Translations under genes and position numbers: made by a program
Shown: positions 228,117 through 240,100 of the stretch, one piece after another
Layout: every line of letters begins with the position of its first letter
Position numbering within the stretch: the stretch's first letter is position 1
Notes under the pieces: generated by a model
The model's input: the letters and a program-made list of their open reading frames with translations, nothing else
Database searches by the model: none
Told to the model about the DNA's origin: nothing
Assembly (NCBI RefSeq): GCF_000737315.1
Contig: NZ_JMCB01000003.1
Span: forward strand, 20,001 to 268,000
Reading direction: 5' to 3'
DNA length: 248,000 bases
Source of the DNA: Hyalangium minutum
Lineage (GTDB): Bacteria; Myxococcota; Myxococcia; Myxococcales; Myxococcaceae

Positions 228117-231100
228117 TCCGCCGCGCTCCGCGATGGCTGTGGCTCGTGCTGGGGCTGGTGACACTGGCCACGGCGTGCGACCGGCGCTCCAGCGAGGAGC
228201 CCGCGTCCGCCGCGCCGCCCGCGCAGGCTGCTCAACAGGCACAGGCGCTGTCCGGAAGCACGTGCGACAGCGTGGCTCCCACCGGCATGGCGCCGGGGTG
228301 GAAGGTGGCGCCGATCCAGGCTGCGGGCCAGAACGTCGCGAGCACGATCTTCCCGGCGTCCGTCGGTGAGCGGGCGATCCTGATCCTGCAGGAGTCGGCG
228401 GAGGCGCTGAATCAGGAGTTCAAGACGGAGGCCTCCCTCAACGGTGTGGACTGGGTGGCCATCTCCCGGCAGAGGCCGCTGGCGGCGCGGGTGGTGCAGC
228501 TGAGTGCCTCGAACCGGCTGGAGCTGGAGACGAACGGAGGCGTGGCACGGACGTCCGTGGCGGCGCTGTCGCCGCTGCCGTGCGCGGCGGTGGAGGCACG
228601 CGTGACGCACGCGGGAGGCTCGGCCGCCACCGTGGAGACGCGCACCTTCACATGGCCCATGGGAGCAGGCCCGGCCCTGCTGGTGGTGGAGTCGGGCAGT
228701 GCGTCGCAGGTGACGGGGCGGGTGGTGCTGGGCAGCCTGACGGTGCAGGTGCCGGCCGCAGGCCAGCTCCCCGTGGTGGAGGTGGTGTCGCCGCAGGCGA
228801 GCAACACGCTGCGAGTCGAGGTGGGAGGCAGCGCGGGCGCGTGGGTCCGGGCAGTGGTGGTGGAGCCGGACATGTTGCCGCCCATCGTGAGCATGGGGCA
228901 GCCCGCGGAGGGCGCGCAGCTGAACGCCTCGCCGGTGGAGGTCCAGGGCACCGCGGGAGCCGGGGCGGTGGCCGTGAAGGTGGGGGCGGTGGACGCGGTG
229001 CTGTCGCAAGGCCAGTACACGGCGCAGGTGCCGCTGGTGGAGGGGCCCAACGCGCTGGTGGCCGAGGTGAGAGACCAGTGCGGCAACGTGGCGCGAGTGT
229101 GCCGGCCGGTGGTGCTGACGACGGCGCCGCCCACCGTTGTTATCGAGGGAGTTACTGACGGCCAGGTCTCGCGCGAGCCACTGCACCCCACGTGGACGGT
229201 GACGAGCAGCGGCCCGGTCACGGTGGAGGCGACGCTGGATGGCGCGCCCTTCGTCGGCGGCACGGCTGTAACGGCCGAGGGCTCGCACGAGCTGCGGGTC
229301 ATGGTGCGGGACGCGGCGGGCCGGGAGGCGCAGGCGCAGGTGGGCTTCGCGATCGACACCACACCGCCGCGACTCACGCTGACAGGAGTGGAAGAGGGGG
229401 AGCGGCGCAATACTCCGGCGGTGCTCGGCTTCACGGTGGAGGAGGAGCACCCGGGCTCGGTGGAGGCCACCCTGGATGGGGCTCCCATGGCCTCGGGGGA
229501 CACGGTCTCGGCGGAGGGCGCGCATGTGTGGACGGTGGCGGCCACGGACGCGGCGGGCAACCGGTCCGAGGTGCAGCGCCACTTCGTGGTGGATGTGACG
229601 GCTCCCACGCTGGAGGTGCTCTCACCCGCGCCGGGCAGCTTCACCCAGGCGGGCTCCGTCGAGGTGGTGGTGGCGGCGGCGGATGACGGGCCGGTGGCGG
229701 GCGTGTGGCTGGGGAACGCGGAGCTGACGCTCGGCACGGACGGGAAGTACCGGAGCCTGGTGGTGTTGGAGGAGGGCAGCAACCTGCTGGTGCTGGTGGC
229801 TCGGGATGCGGCGGGCAACAGCGCGCAGAGCTCGCTGGCCGTGACGCGGGACTCCACGCCGCCCCAGCTCACCCTCACCACCCCGGCCGAGGGCGCGAAG
229901 GTGGCGGGGGACTCGGTGCAGGTGGAGGGACAGGCGCAGGACACCACGCCGCTCACGGTGCGCGTGGCGGGGATGACCGCGGCGGTCGCGGCGGATGGTC
230001 ACTTCCAGCTCTCGGTGGCCGTGGCGCAGGGCCCTGTCTCCCTGGAGGTGGTGGCCACGGATGCGGCGGGGAACACCGCGCGTCTGGTGCGCGGCATCCG
230101 CGTCAACACCACGCCCCCGAGGTTGGATCTGACGGCACCGGCCTCGGGCACGGTCACCGAGGAGTCCTCCATCGAGGTGTCCGGCTTCGCGAGGGCGGCG
230201 GATCGCACGGACACGGTGCGGGTAGAGGTGGCGGGAACCGAGCACGGTGTGAGGGCGGATGGCAGCTTCTCGGTGCAGGTGCCGCTGGAGGTGGGCCTGA
230301 ACACCGTGTCCGTCACGGCGGTGGATGGCTATGGCCTGCGCACCCCGCGCACCGTGCGGGTGGAGCGCCAGGGGCCTCAGGGGCCCGGTCCTGGAGATGG
230401 AGGCTCGGGAGACGGTTCGGGAGGCGGCACGGACGGAGGCTCGGGGGAAGACACCCCGGATGCAGGCAGCGGAGCGCCGGATGCGGGCTCGCCCGGTCCC
230501 GTGCCGGATGGCGGCATCCCGAGCGAGCCTCCGGTGCTGGTGCTGGCCTCGCCCCAGGAGAACAGCCTCTGGGGTGTGGAGCGGGTGTCGGTGCTGGGCC
230601 GTGTGGAGGGCGGAGACCTGCCGCTGCAGGTGACGGTGGATGGACTGCCAGCCGCGGTGACGGGGCGCCAGTTCTCCGCATCGGTGGCGCTGCCTGAAGG
230701 CTCCTCGATGCTGCACGTGCGCGCCGTGGACGCGCTGGGCCGGATCGCCGAGGTGCGGCGGCAGGTGAGGGTGGATCAGACACCGCCCTTCTTGGAAGTG
230801 ACGCGGCCGGAGCAGCCGTCGACGACCGTGAGCGAATCCCCATACCTGGTGGAGGGCCTCGCGGGAGACGCGTACCTCGCGGGCGTCACGGTGAACGGGG
230901 CGCCGGTGATGGTGCTGGCCGGGCACTTCTCGTCCTCGGTGGCCCTGGTCGCGGGAGACAACACCGTGGAGGTGGAGGCGGTGGATCTCGCGGGTAACCG
231001 CTCGCGCGCCGTCCGGACCTTGCGGGTGGAAGCGCTGCCGCCTCAGCTGACCGTGCTGGAGCCGGTCGATGGCTCGGAGGCCACCGAGCCGGTGGTGAGG

Positions 231101-234100
231101 GTGACGGTGAAGGTCGAGTCCTCCGCGCCGCTCGACGAGGTGCGCATCGGCACGGGCATCGCGGCGAACCTGGGCTCGGGCCAGTACACGGCCCAGGTGC
231201 CGCTGGCGCTGGGAGAGAACGTCATCCCCGTGAGCGCGCGGGACACGCTGGGGATGACGGGCTCGGCCACCGTGCGCGTGCGCTACCGCGATCCGAGCAC
231301 TGAGCCGTTGACCGTGACGGGGGTGGATCCCTCGGATCAGGCCACGGAGCTGGAGCCGGACACGCTGGTGAACGTGGCCTTCAACAAGGCCGTGAAGCCT
231401 GCGTCGGTGCGGGCGGGCTTCACGGTGAGCGTGGAAGGGCAGCCGCTGGCGGGCGGCTGGTCCGTCGCGCACGGAGCACAGATCGTCTCCTTCATTGCGC
231501 GCGATCCGCTGCCGGAGGGCGCCACGCTGCAGGTACGGGTAGCGGGCGTGGAGCCGGTGCAGGGGCCGGGGATGCAGGGCGAGTTCCGCAGCATGTTCAC
231601 GGTGCGCCGTCCACTGACCCGGCTGCGCGGCCAGGTGGTGGACGCGCGGCGCGAGCCCGTGTCCGGCGTACGGGTGGAGGTGGAGGGCCAGGGCCTCTTC
231701 ACGCGCACGGGAGCGGACGGCAACTGGGCCCTCTTTGGGGTGCAGCCGGGGCAGGTGGTGCTGCGCTACGAGGGAGGCGCCTCCTCGGAAGGGCAGGTCT
231801 TCCCCACGGTCCGCCGGCGGTTCGCCGTGGAGGCCGAGCGGGACAATGAGGAGTCCACCGTGGTGCTGACGCCCGTGGACGCCGAGTCCGCGGAGCCGGT
231901 GGATACCTCCCTGCCGCTGCACCTCACCTTTGGGGGGAGGCATGGGGCGCTGGAGGTGGACATCCCCGCGGGGGGGCTCATTCTCGAAGGAGGATCGACG
232001 CGCGGCCTGGTGACGCTCACGCAGCTGCCGCTCCACTCGCTCCCGGTGCCCACGGAAGGCGCCTTGCGCCCGGTGGTGGTGTGGCAGCTCCAGCCCGCCG
232101 GGACGCGCCTGGTGCGGCCGGTGGTGCTCCGCCTGCCCAATCGGCTGAGTGCGCCGCCCGGCAGCCGGGCCGCGCTGTTCACGTATGATCCCGAGGCGCA
232201 CCGGCTGCACATCGCGGGGCTGGCCACGCTCAGCGCGGATGGCACACAGCTCGTGTCGGACGGTGTGCTCGAGGCCGGCTCGCTGGAGTACTTCGGCTAC
232301 CTGCCGCTGCCCGAGGAGTCCTCCGTCGCGCGGGCCGGGGCCGTCTCTCCCCGTGTGGCGAACCTGGGCCCGCTGCCCCGGCCACCGTCTGACGGGCTCA
232401 TCCGCCCGCTGACCCAGGGCTTCGGGCTGGATCCTGGCAGCGCGCTCGCCATCTGGGACTCCTACCAGCCCTTCATCGCTCCCGCCGCCGTCATGGGGAC
232501 GGTCCGAGGGCCTCGCGAGCAGGCGGTGGCCCTCGATCTCTCCTCGCCGAGCCTGGGCGAGTCGCGGCGGGTGGCGTTGGATTCGCAGCTGCGCTACCGG
232601 ATGCCGCTCTCGGTTCAGGCCCGCTCGCTCTATCCCCTCTCGAGCAGTGGCCGGGATTCGCTCGTGCTGGCCCTCGAGGGCGTGGGCCCCGAGGGACAAC
232701 GGCTGGGGCCGCCCAGCGGGGGCTCCTGGCGGCAGGAGAGCCCCCAGGGGCAGCGCGCGGAGCTGTCCACGCAGGTCGAACTCTCGCTCGGGACCAGCTC
232801 GCTCTGGGCCACGGGCACCACGGCGCGCGGACGCAACGTACTCCGGCTGAACGCCGAGCTGTCCCTGGCGGATGGAGGCGTACCGGATGGGGGCGCGACC
232901 TCGGGATTGCTGCGCGTCCAGCGGGGGGATGGAGGCTCGGCAGGAGGGGAGGACAGTGAGGGACTGGTCCGCTTCGCGGGCATGCCTGTCCGGGTGACCG
233001 ATGGCTGGCACGAAGGAGGGTCGATCTCCGGCCCGGCGGGCCGGTATGCCGCCTCGATCATCATGCTCCAGTCCTCCTGGATCCCTCCCGCGTCGGTCCT
233101 GGCCTGTGTTCGCCTGCCCATCGGATGGAACGTCCAGAGCTGGGTGGCGTGGGATGGCCGTGTCCGCACGCGCAAGGCCCCCTCCACCGCGGAGGAGTGC
233201 TCGGGCCCCTGGGAAGTCCTGGCCTGGCCTTCGCCCATCATCCCCGACATCGACGTGCTCGTGGATGTGCGGTGGTTGCACGGCAACATCACGTTCGTGG
233301 ATCGGCAGGGCGAGCCGCTCCCGCCGCCGTGCAGCGACTTGGTGGTGCGCCAGGGCACCGAGGTGACCGGGCTGTCGCAAGACGCCGTGCGGAGCACGGA
233401 GGTTCACTTCTTCCGGGAGGATAATCTCTCCACCCCCATCGTCAGCTACGCCGTCGCGGATCCCGAGCAGTGTGACTCGTATCCGGGGGCCCCGCATGGC
233501 CGCTATGCCAAGGTCCGCTACGGTCCCTCCACCCTGAGCCGCGTGGCCTCGCGCCGCGACAGCCAGCGGTTGCTCCCGGGGGACCGGCTGGTGGTGTTCG
233601 CCGTCAACCATGCCACGGGCTATTCGGGCATGGAGGTCGTCACCGTTCCCTCCGTCAACCAATCCTCTCGCGCCGAGGATGGGAGCTGCCCGGCGGATGA
233701 CGCCGCGGGCGGCCCGATGGCCGTGCAAGATGGGAGTCGCACGGTCTCCGTCTCTCGCTGCACGCTGCAGGATCTCGGCATCGAGGCGGATCTCAAGCTG
233801 TACCCGCCGGAGATCGACGTGCGTGTGGAGCGCCAGTCTCGGGCCGAGGGATCTTCCCAGGAGGCCCTGGAGCCCAGCCTTGTCCGCCATAAGGGCGCGG
233901 CCACGACGCGGGACAACTTCGTGAGCGTTGCCACGCACTGGCGCGTCCGGCGCCAGCCCGCGCGCTCGTGGGATCCGGGGGTGTTGCCTCCCGTGAATTC
234001 TTCCTGCGAGGGCGGGAGCCAGGCGGCTGGAAGCACCTGTGCGCCCCAGATCCTCCTGGACGAGGGCCCGCGAGGCACATGGGCGGAGCACTACTGCGGG

Positions 234101-237100
234101 GAACTTCCCGAGCCGCGGACCCCCGAGCAGCAGGCCCTCTGCCTGAAGGATGACCGCGAGCTGGCGGAGGTTCCGGTGGGGGTACCGCCCCTGGCTGGGC
234201 GCGTGGTGCGCATCACTGGCTCGGCGGTGGAGGAGCCAGCGGTGGCGAGCTTCCACGTGGCCCCGGGCCGCTCCACGACGACCGTGCAGACAGCGCTGCG
234301 GCGAGTGGAGCGGGACGGGCGCGAGGTGGTGCTCAACAACCTGACGCGTGCCTACTACTACGTGCAGGTGGTGGGGCACCCCGTGCTCCCGCGGGATCGC
234401 AACAGCGATGGCACGCTGGATCCCTCGGAGGAGAACGCGCCGCCGCCCGACTTCGAGGATGATGAGGACGCCCCGGGGATTCCCGAGGGAGTCGTCACGC
234501 TGAAGAGCGTCTACCGGAGCGTGGAGCCCGAGGGGCGCATCGAGCGCTACGATCGAGCGCTCGAGCACGAGTTCCGGGTGATGGAAGTGGGCTCCTCCCG
234601 GGTCACGGCACGGACGGAGCGGGGCGAGGAGCGCCCGCTGCCCCAGCCGGGGCAGCCTCCGTCGTCTGCGGCCGCCAGCCCGGAGGACGTGGCCTATCAG
234701 TTCCTGCTCAATCTGCTGGAGCCAGAAGATCCGGGGCGGACGGGGCCGCCGAGCAGCCAGTACGTGCTGCGGCTGGGCACGGACTCCTTCGGCATCGAGT
234801 GCCCCATCGAGCTGAACGCCTCGGCGGGCACGCTGCGTGGCACGTGCGAGGGCGAGTACCTGCCGGAGGTGCTGAGCGCGGGGGATGTGCTCTACCTCGA
234901 GGTGTACTTGCGCGGTAACGCGGAGAACGTGCTGTACCGCTTCAACTTCGACGGTCTGTCCATGCGGGAGGACTACCTGGGGGCCTCCAGCCGGTTCACC
235001 GCCCACCGCGCGGTGGAGCAGCAGAATGGCAAGCCCGTGGAGGATCGGCCGATCTCCCGGCTGAACGAGGCGCACTTCTTCCTCTCGCCTCACGAGCTCA
235101 GCTCAGGACGGATCCGGCTCTGCACCAACGCGGAGTGCTCGGGCGACGGGGCGGTCATCAAGGACGCCACCGTCTTGTGGACGGCGGCGGGCTCCTACGC
235201 GGTGAGCGAGCAGGCGACGGGCAGTGCTCCGGGGCGGCTGGTCCAGGAGGTCACGTCAGGCGCAGGGAACGCGCGCCACCTTCGGCTGGGACTGCCTGCC
235301 TCGGTGACGGCGATGCCGGGGATCGCGGCGGCGGGCGCGGGGATCTTCCTGGTCAAGGACAGCGAGTCTCCGCCACGAGCGCGGCAGGTGGAGCGCCTGG
235401 GAACGCCGAAGGGACGCTTCCAGGGGCTGAACGCGCAGGCGCCGGGCCAGGAGGCCGTGGCGGGCATCAATGTGGCGGATCTGCACCTGGCCCTGACGCA
235501 CACGGACTTCGCGGTGCCGCAGCTCGCGGGAGAGGTCTCCTTCTCCAGGACCTATGCCAACCAGAACGATCTGCCCTCGCCCATGGGCGTGGGCTGGAGG
235601 CACGAGCTGGACGGCTTCGTGCTCGAGGAGAGCCTCGGCCGCTATGTCGTGAACCTGGGTGGGCAGGCCTGGGGCTTCATCCGGTGCACCACCGTGGATG
235701 AGGAAGCGCAGACCGCCAGCGGGTGCATGACGGACAAGACCCACGGCATGTCGCTGAAGGTTGACAGCGAGGGCGTCCAGCTCACCACGGAGCAGGGGAG
235801 TGTGTACCGGTTCAACCGGCCGGCGGTGAAGCGGGACCAGGAGGGCCGGCGCAAGTGGCTGCTGACCAAGTTCCACGATGGCCATGGCCGAGGCGAGCAG
235901 GACGGGTGGACGCACCTCACCTATGCCGAGGGCACCAACCGGCTCACGCAAGCGAAGCGCACGCCTGGGGAGCTGTCGCTGGAGCTCAAGTACTGCGAGG
236001 ACTTCTCCCGCGAGGACTGCGATGGCGTGGCGCCGGACGCGCCTGGCAACCTCAAGTTCCTGGCGCGCAGCGAGGGCTTCAAGCTGCTGAAGGGCGTGGT
236101 TCTCAAGAACAGCCAGGGCCAGGAGCTGCACATCGTGCGCTTCAAGCACGACCGGTGGGGCAACCTGCTGGAGGCCGAGCGCACCACGGATCCGCCCACG
236201 CAGAAGTGGAAGTACACCTACGCGCCCATTGCCGATGACGTGCCGTCCATGATGGCCTGGCGTGCCATCAATGAGCTGTCCGAGGCTCGCCTCGAGGTGG
236301 CTGGTCATCCCCAGTGGGTCGCCACCTACGGGCGCGGCGGCGCCGAGTGCTATGCGCACCTCGAGGCCTTCGAGTGTGTGAGCTCGGTGACGCAGACAGG
236401 CTTCATGGGCAACGTCCTTCAGGTGCAGGGCGAGGCGGGCCATCGCCAGCTCAAGCTCCCCACGGGGAACTCCGCGGAGGTGTCACTCAATGAGTATGGG
236501 AACGTCACCTCCTCGGCGTCGGAGGGGCAGGCGGCGCGGCGGCTGACGTGGCCCAGCTCCCAGCGCGGGGGCGAGGTGCGGCTGGAGAAGTCAGTCTCTC
236601 CGAGCGGCCGGACCCTGCGCTATGGCACGGATCACCAGCTGCGCCTGGACGAGGTGAAGCTGGAGGGGAGCTCGGACGTGGTGGGGCTCGAAGCGGGGGC
236701 GCTCGTCTCCGTGTTGGCACGCGATGCCCGGGGCTTGCCTACCTCGGGGAAGCTGTCCACGGCCAATGGTCCGGCCGAGTGGTCCATGCCCCGCTCTCAG
236801 TCGGGGGACGTGCTGGGCCTCTCACTGGGGGGCACGCAGCTCTTCTCGCGGGTCACGGACGAGGAGGGCCGGATCACCTCGGAGCGGGATGCGCTGGGCA
236901 ATACGACCACGTTCACGTTTGGCGCGTTGGGGTTGCCTGTCAGGATCCAGGTGTCCTCGGACTCCGCGACGTCGGGGCTCGTCCGCTACACGCTGGTGCT
237001 GGAGTACGACGCCTATGGGCGTCTGATCCGCCGCTTCAATGAGACGACGGGCGAAGCGGAGTCCTGGCGTTACGACGGCCAGGGCAACATGCTCGAGCAC

Positions 237101-240100
237101 ACGCTCACGGGGGAGCCGTCCGAACGGTGGACGTACACCTATACGTACGGCGATCAGCGGCTCACCGTGGTGGAGCGCCTGGAAGGCACGGCCTACACCC
237201 GCACCGCCCTCTTCGAGCAGGGGCTGCTGAAGAGCGAGCAGCTCAGCTACGGCACGGGCAACGCGTCACGTGCCTATGAGTACGAGGGCGGGCGGCTCAA
237301 GAAGAAGACAGACGAGCTGTCAGTCACCTGGGAATACACCTACGACAGCGCGGGCCGGCTGAAGGTGGTGAAAGCGAATGGCCGGACCGTGGAGTCCTAC
237401 GGGCTGGATGAGGACGGCATCCTCATCTCCACCACGGACCGCGAAGGGCACACCACCCAGATCGGCAACGACTCGCTGGGGAGACCCGTCTCGTGGACCT
237501 ATGAGGATGGGTACAAGGAGGAGGTGCGGCGGGATGCCCAGGGCGCCATCGTCTGGGAGAAGAAAATGTCTCCCGGCGCGGACAGAGCCCACGTCTTCGC
237601 TCAAGAGGTGGACGCGCTCGGACAGGTTCTGAGCCGCCGGAGCGCGGAAAATGGGAGCGGAGTGGAGATCGTCTCCACCTATGACGCCGCGGGGAGAGTG
237701 CGGACGCGAGAGGATCGGGGCAGGGGCCTGAACGAGTCCTTCGAGTATGGTGACGTGCTCGGAAGGCTGACGCGCTATCAGCGGACCGTGGCGTCCGCCG
237801 CGGGGAGCCAGAACTGGATCGAGACCCGTCAATACGTGGATGAAGGGGGCCGCACGGAGCTCCGCATCCTGCGCCAGATCGACACGGGTTTAGGGCCGCG
237901 GCAAGAGAACCAGGTCCTGGTGCTGGATGCGCTGGGGCGGGTGCTGAAGGACCAGCGTCTGGGTGCGGGGGTCTTCGAGTACACCTACGACGCGCGAGGC
238001 AACGTGCTGGAGCGTCGGCACTCCGTGCTGGGAACCACGTCGTATACCTACGACGGGTTGGGGAACCTGCTGTCGATGACGGAGCCGGGGGGCGTCACCA
238101 CCACGTACACGGTGGATGCGGCAGGCCGGGTGCTCACGCAGGAGGGGCCTCACGATCAGGAGCGGTGGACGTTCACCTACGATCTGTTCGACCGGCCGCT
238201 GACGCAGGTGCTGGCGCAGGCCGGGAGCTCGCCGCAGGCTGCGTGGAGCTTCGAGTATCCGGGGAATGGGATCGTCATTGAGACGGATCCTCTGAGTATC
238301 GCGACGACCCGGCGTTTCAACTCGCGCGAGCTGCTGCTCTCGGAGGAGCGAGGGAGCCAGACGGCGGAGTACGCCTACGATGGAACGTGGCCTCGCCTGC
238401 ACCTCATCTCCCATGAAGGTTCGGAGCGGAAGCTGACGCGGAGCTTCGATGACCTCGGGCGGCCGCTCCAGCAGGTGGAGTTCTGGAAACAGGGGGACCA
238501 CTCCTATACGTACAGCACGACCACGGCTTGGACGGGCAGGCGCGGGACTCGCCAGGAGCGGTGGGAGGCCACGGACGCGAGCGTCCGGACGCTCACGGCG
238601 ACGATCCGGGTGGACGGGCTGGGGAACCTCATCGAGCAGGAGCAGGGGGGCCTGACGGACGCTTGGGCCTACGATGCGGCCGGACTGTTGGCACGTGAGG
238701 CACTGGCGGGGCGTCCGGAAAAGCGCTTCTTCTACGAGCAGGATCGGCTCGTCCGGATGGAGAACGGCTCGGAGACGACGCTGTACGAGTATGACGCCGC
238801 GGGCCGGCAGTGGAAGGAGACGGATCCTTCGGGGCGCGAGCGCACGCGGGTCTACAACGCACAGGGCCTGGTGGCGAGCGAGCGCTTCGGAGCAGGGGAG
238901 ACGCTGGAGTCCGCGTACACTTACGATCGAGGCGGGGGCCTCCGGACGCTGACGCGTGGCGGGGCACAGTGGAACTTCACGCATGGGCCTCGGGGGGAAC
239001 TCCAGGCCGTCGAACTTCCGGGCGGGCTGGGGACCTTCACCTATCAATACGATGCCTTGCTGCAGCTCAAGGGGGTGACGCCTCCAGAGGGCGGGGGAGC
239101 AGCGGCACAGACCTTCGCGTATGACAACTGGGGCCGGCAGCTGCGCCGGACCCGAGGCTCCAGCGTCTGGTCCACGGCCTGGCAGGGCGGGTTGAGCACC
239201 ACGAGCGACCCGAATGGCGACGTGGTGGAGCAGCTCTACGACGGCCGCGGCCGCGTCGTGCGTGAGCGCTTCGCTCCCGGGAACAGCAGCCGGCCCTTCC
239301 ATGATCTGACAGCGGTGACGTACGCCTATGACGGGCTCGACCAGCTGCTGTTGGCGCAGGAGAGCCGCATCTCGGGAGCGGTCTCCAATGTGTATGACTA
239401 TGACGGGCGGAGCCGGCTGATCTCGATGCGGCGCGGCAGCGAGGAGATCTCATACACATACACGGAGAGCGGGCAGAAGCGGACGGTCACGTCTCCGTCC
239501 GGCACGTTGCGCTACGAATACGACGCGCAGGATCGGGTGCGGCGCATCGAGAGCAGCCAGGGGCCGGTGGTGGCGGTGGGCTGGGAGCCGGGAGGTCTGC
239601 TCTCGGAGGTCAGTGGCAACGGGGTGGTGGAGCGGTACGCGTATTGGGGCCATGGGCTCATCCGCTCCATCGCTTCGCAGTGGGACGGCCCCTCGGCGGG
239701 CACGCTGCGGTACGAGTACGGCTACGATGTGCGCGGCAACCGCCTGGAAGAGCGCTACACGGCACCGGGGGCCACGGCGTTCGAGGTGACGCAATTCGGG
239801 TACGACGCGGCGGACCGGCTGACCGGGGTGCGCTACCCCACAGGCGAGGCCGAACTCTACCTCCTGGCAGCTGACGGCTCGCGCCTGGAGGAGAAGCACC
239901 TGCAGGGGTACTCAGGGGGACTGACTCCCCAGGCGCTGGCCAACGCCACGAATGCCACCCAGCACTGGCGGTACGCGTATGACACCGCGGGAGGGCTGCA
240001 ACGCATTGATGACGTGTTGACGGGGGGCGTGGAAGCCCAGGTCACCACGGACGCGGGAGGCCGCGTCGTCGCGGAGATGCGAGGTGGCACCACGCGGCAG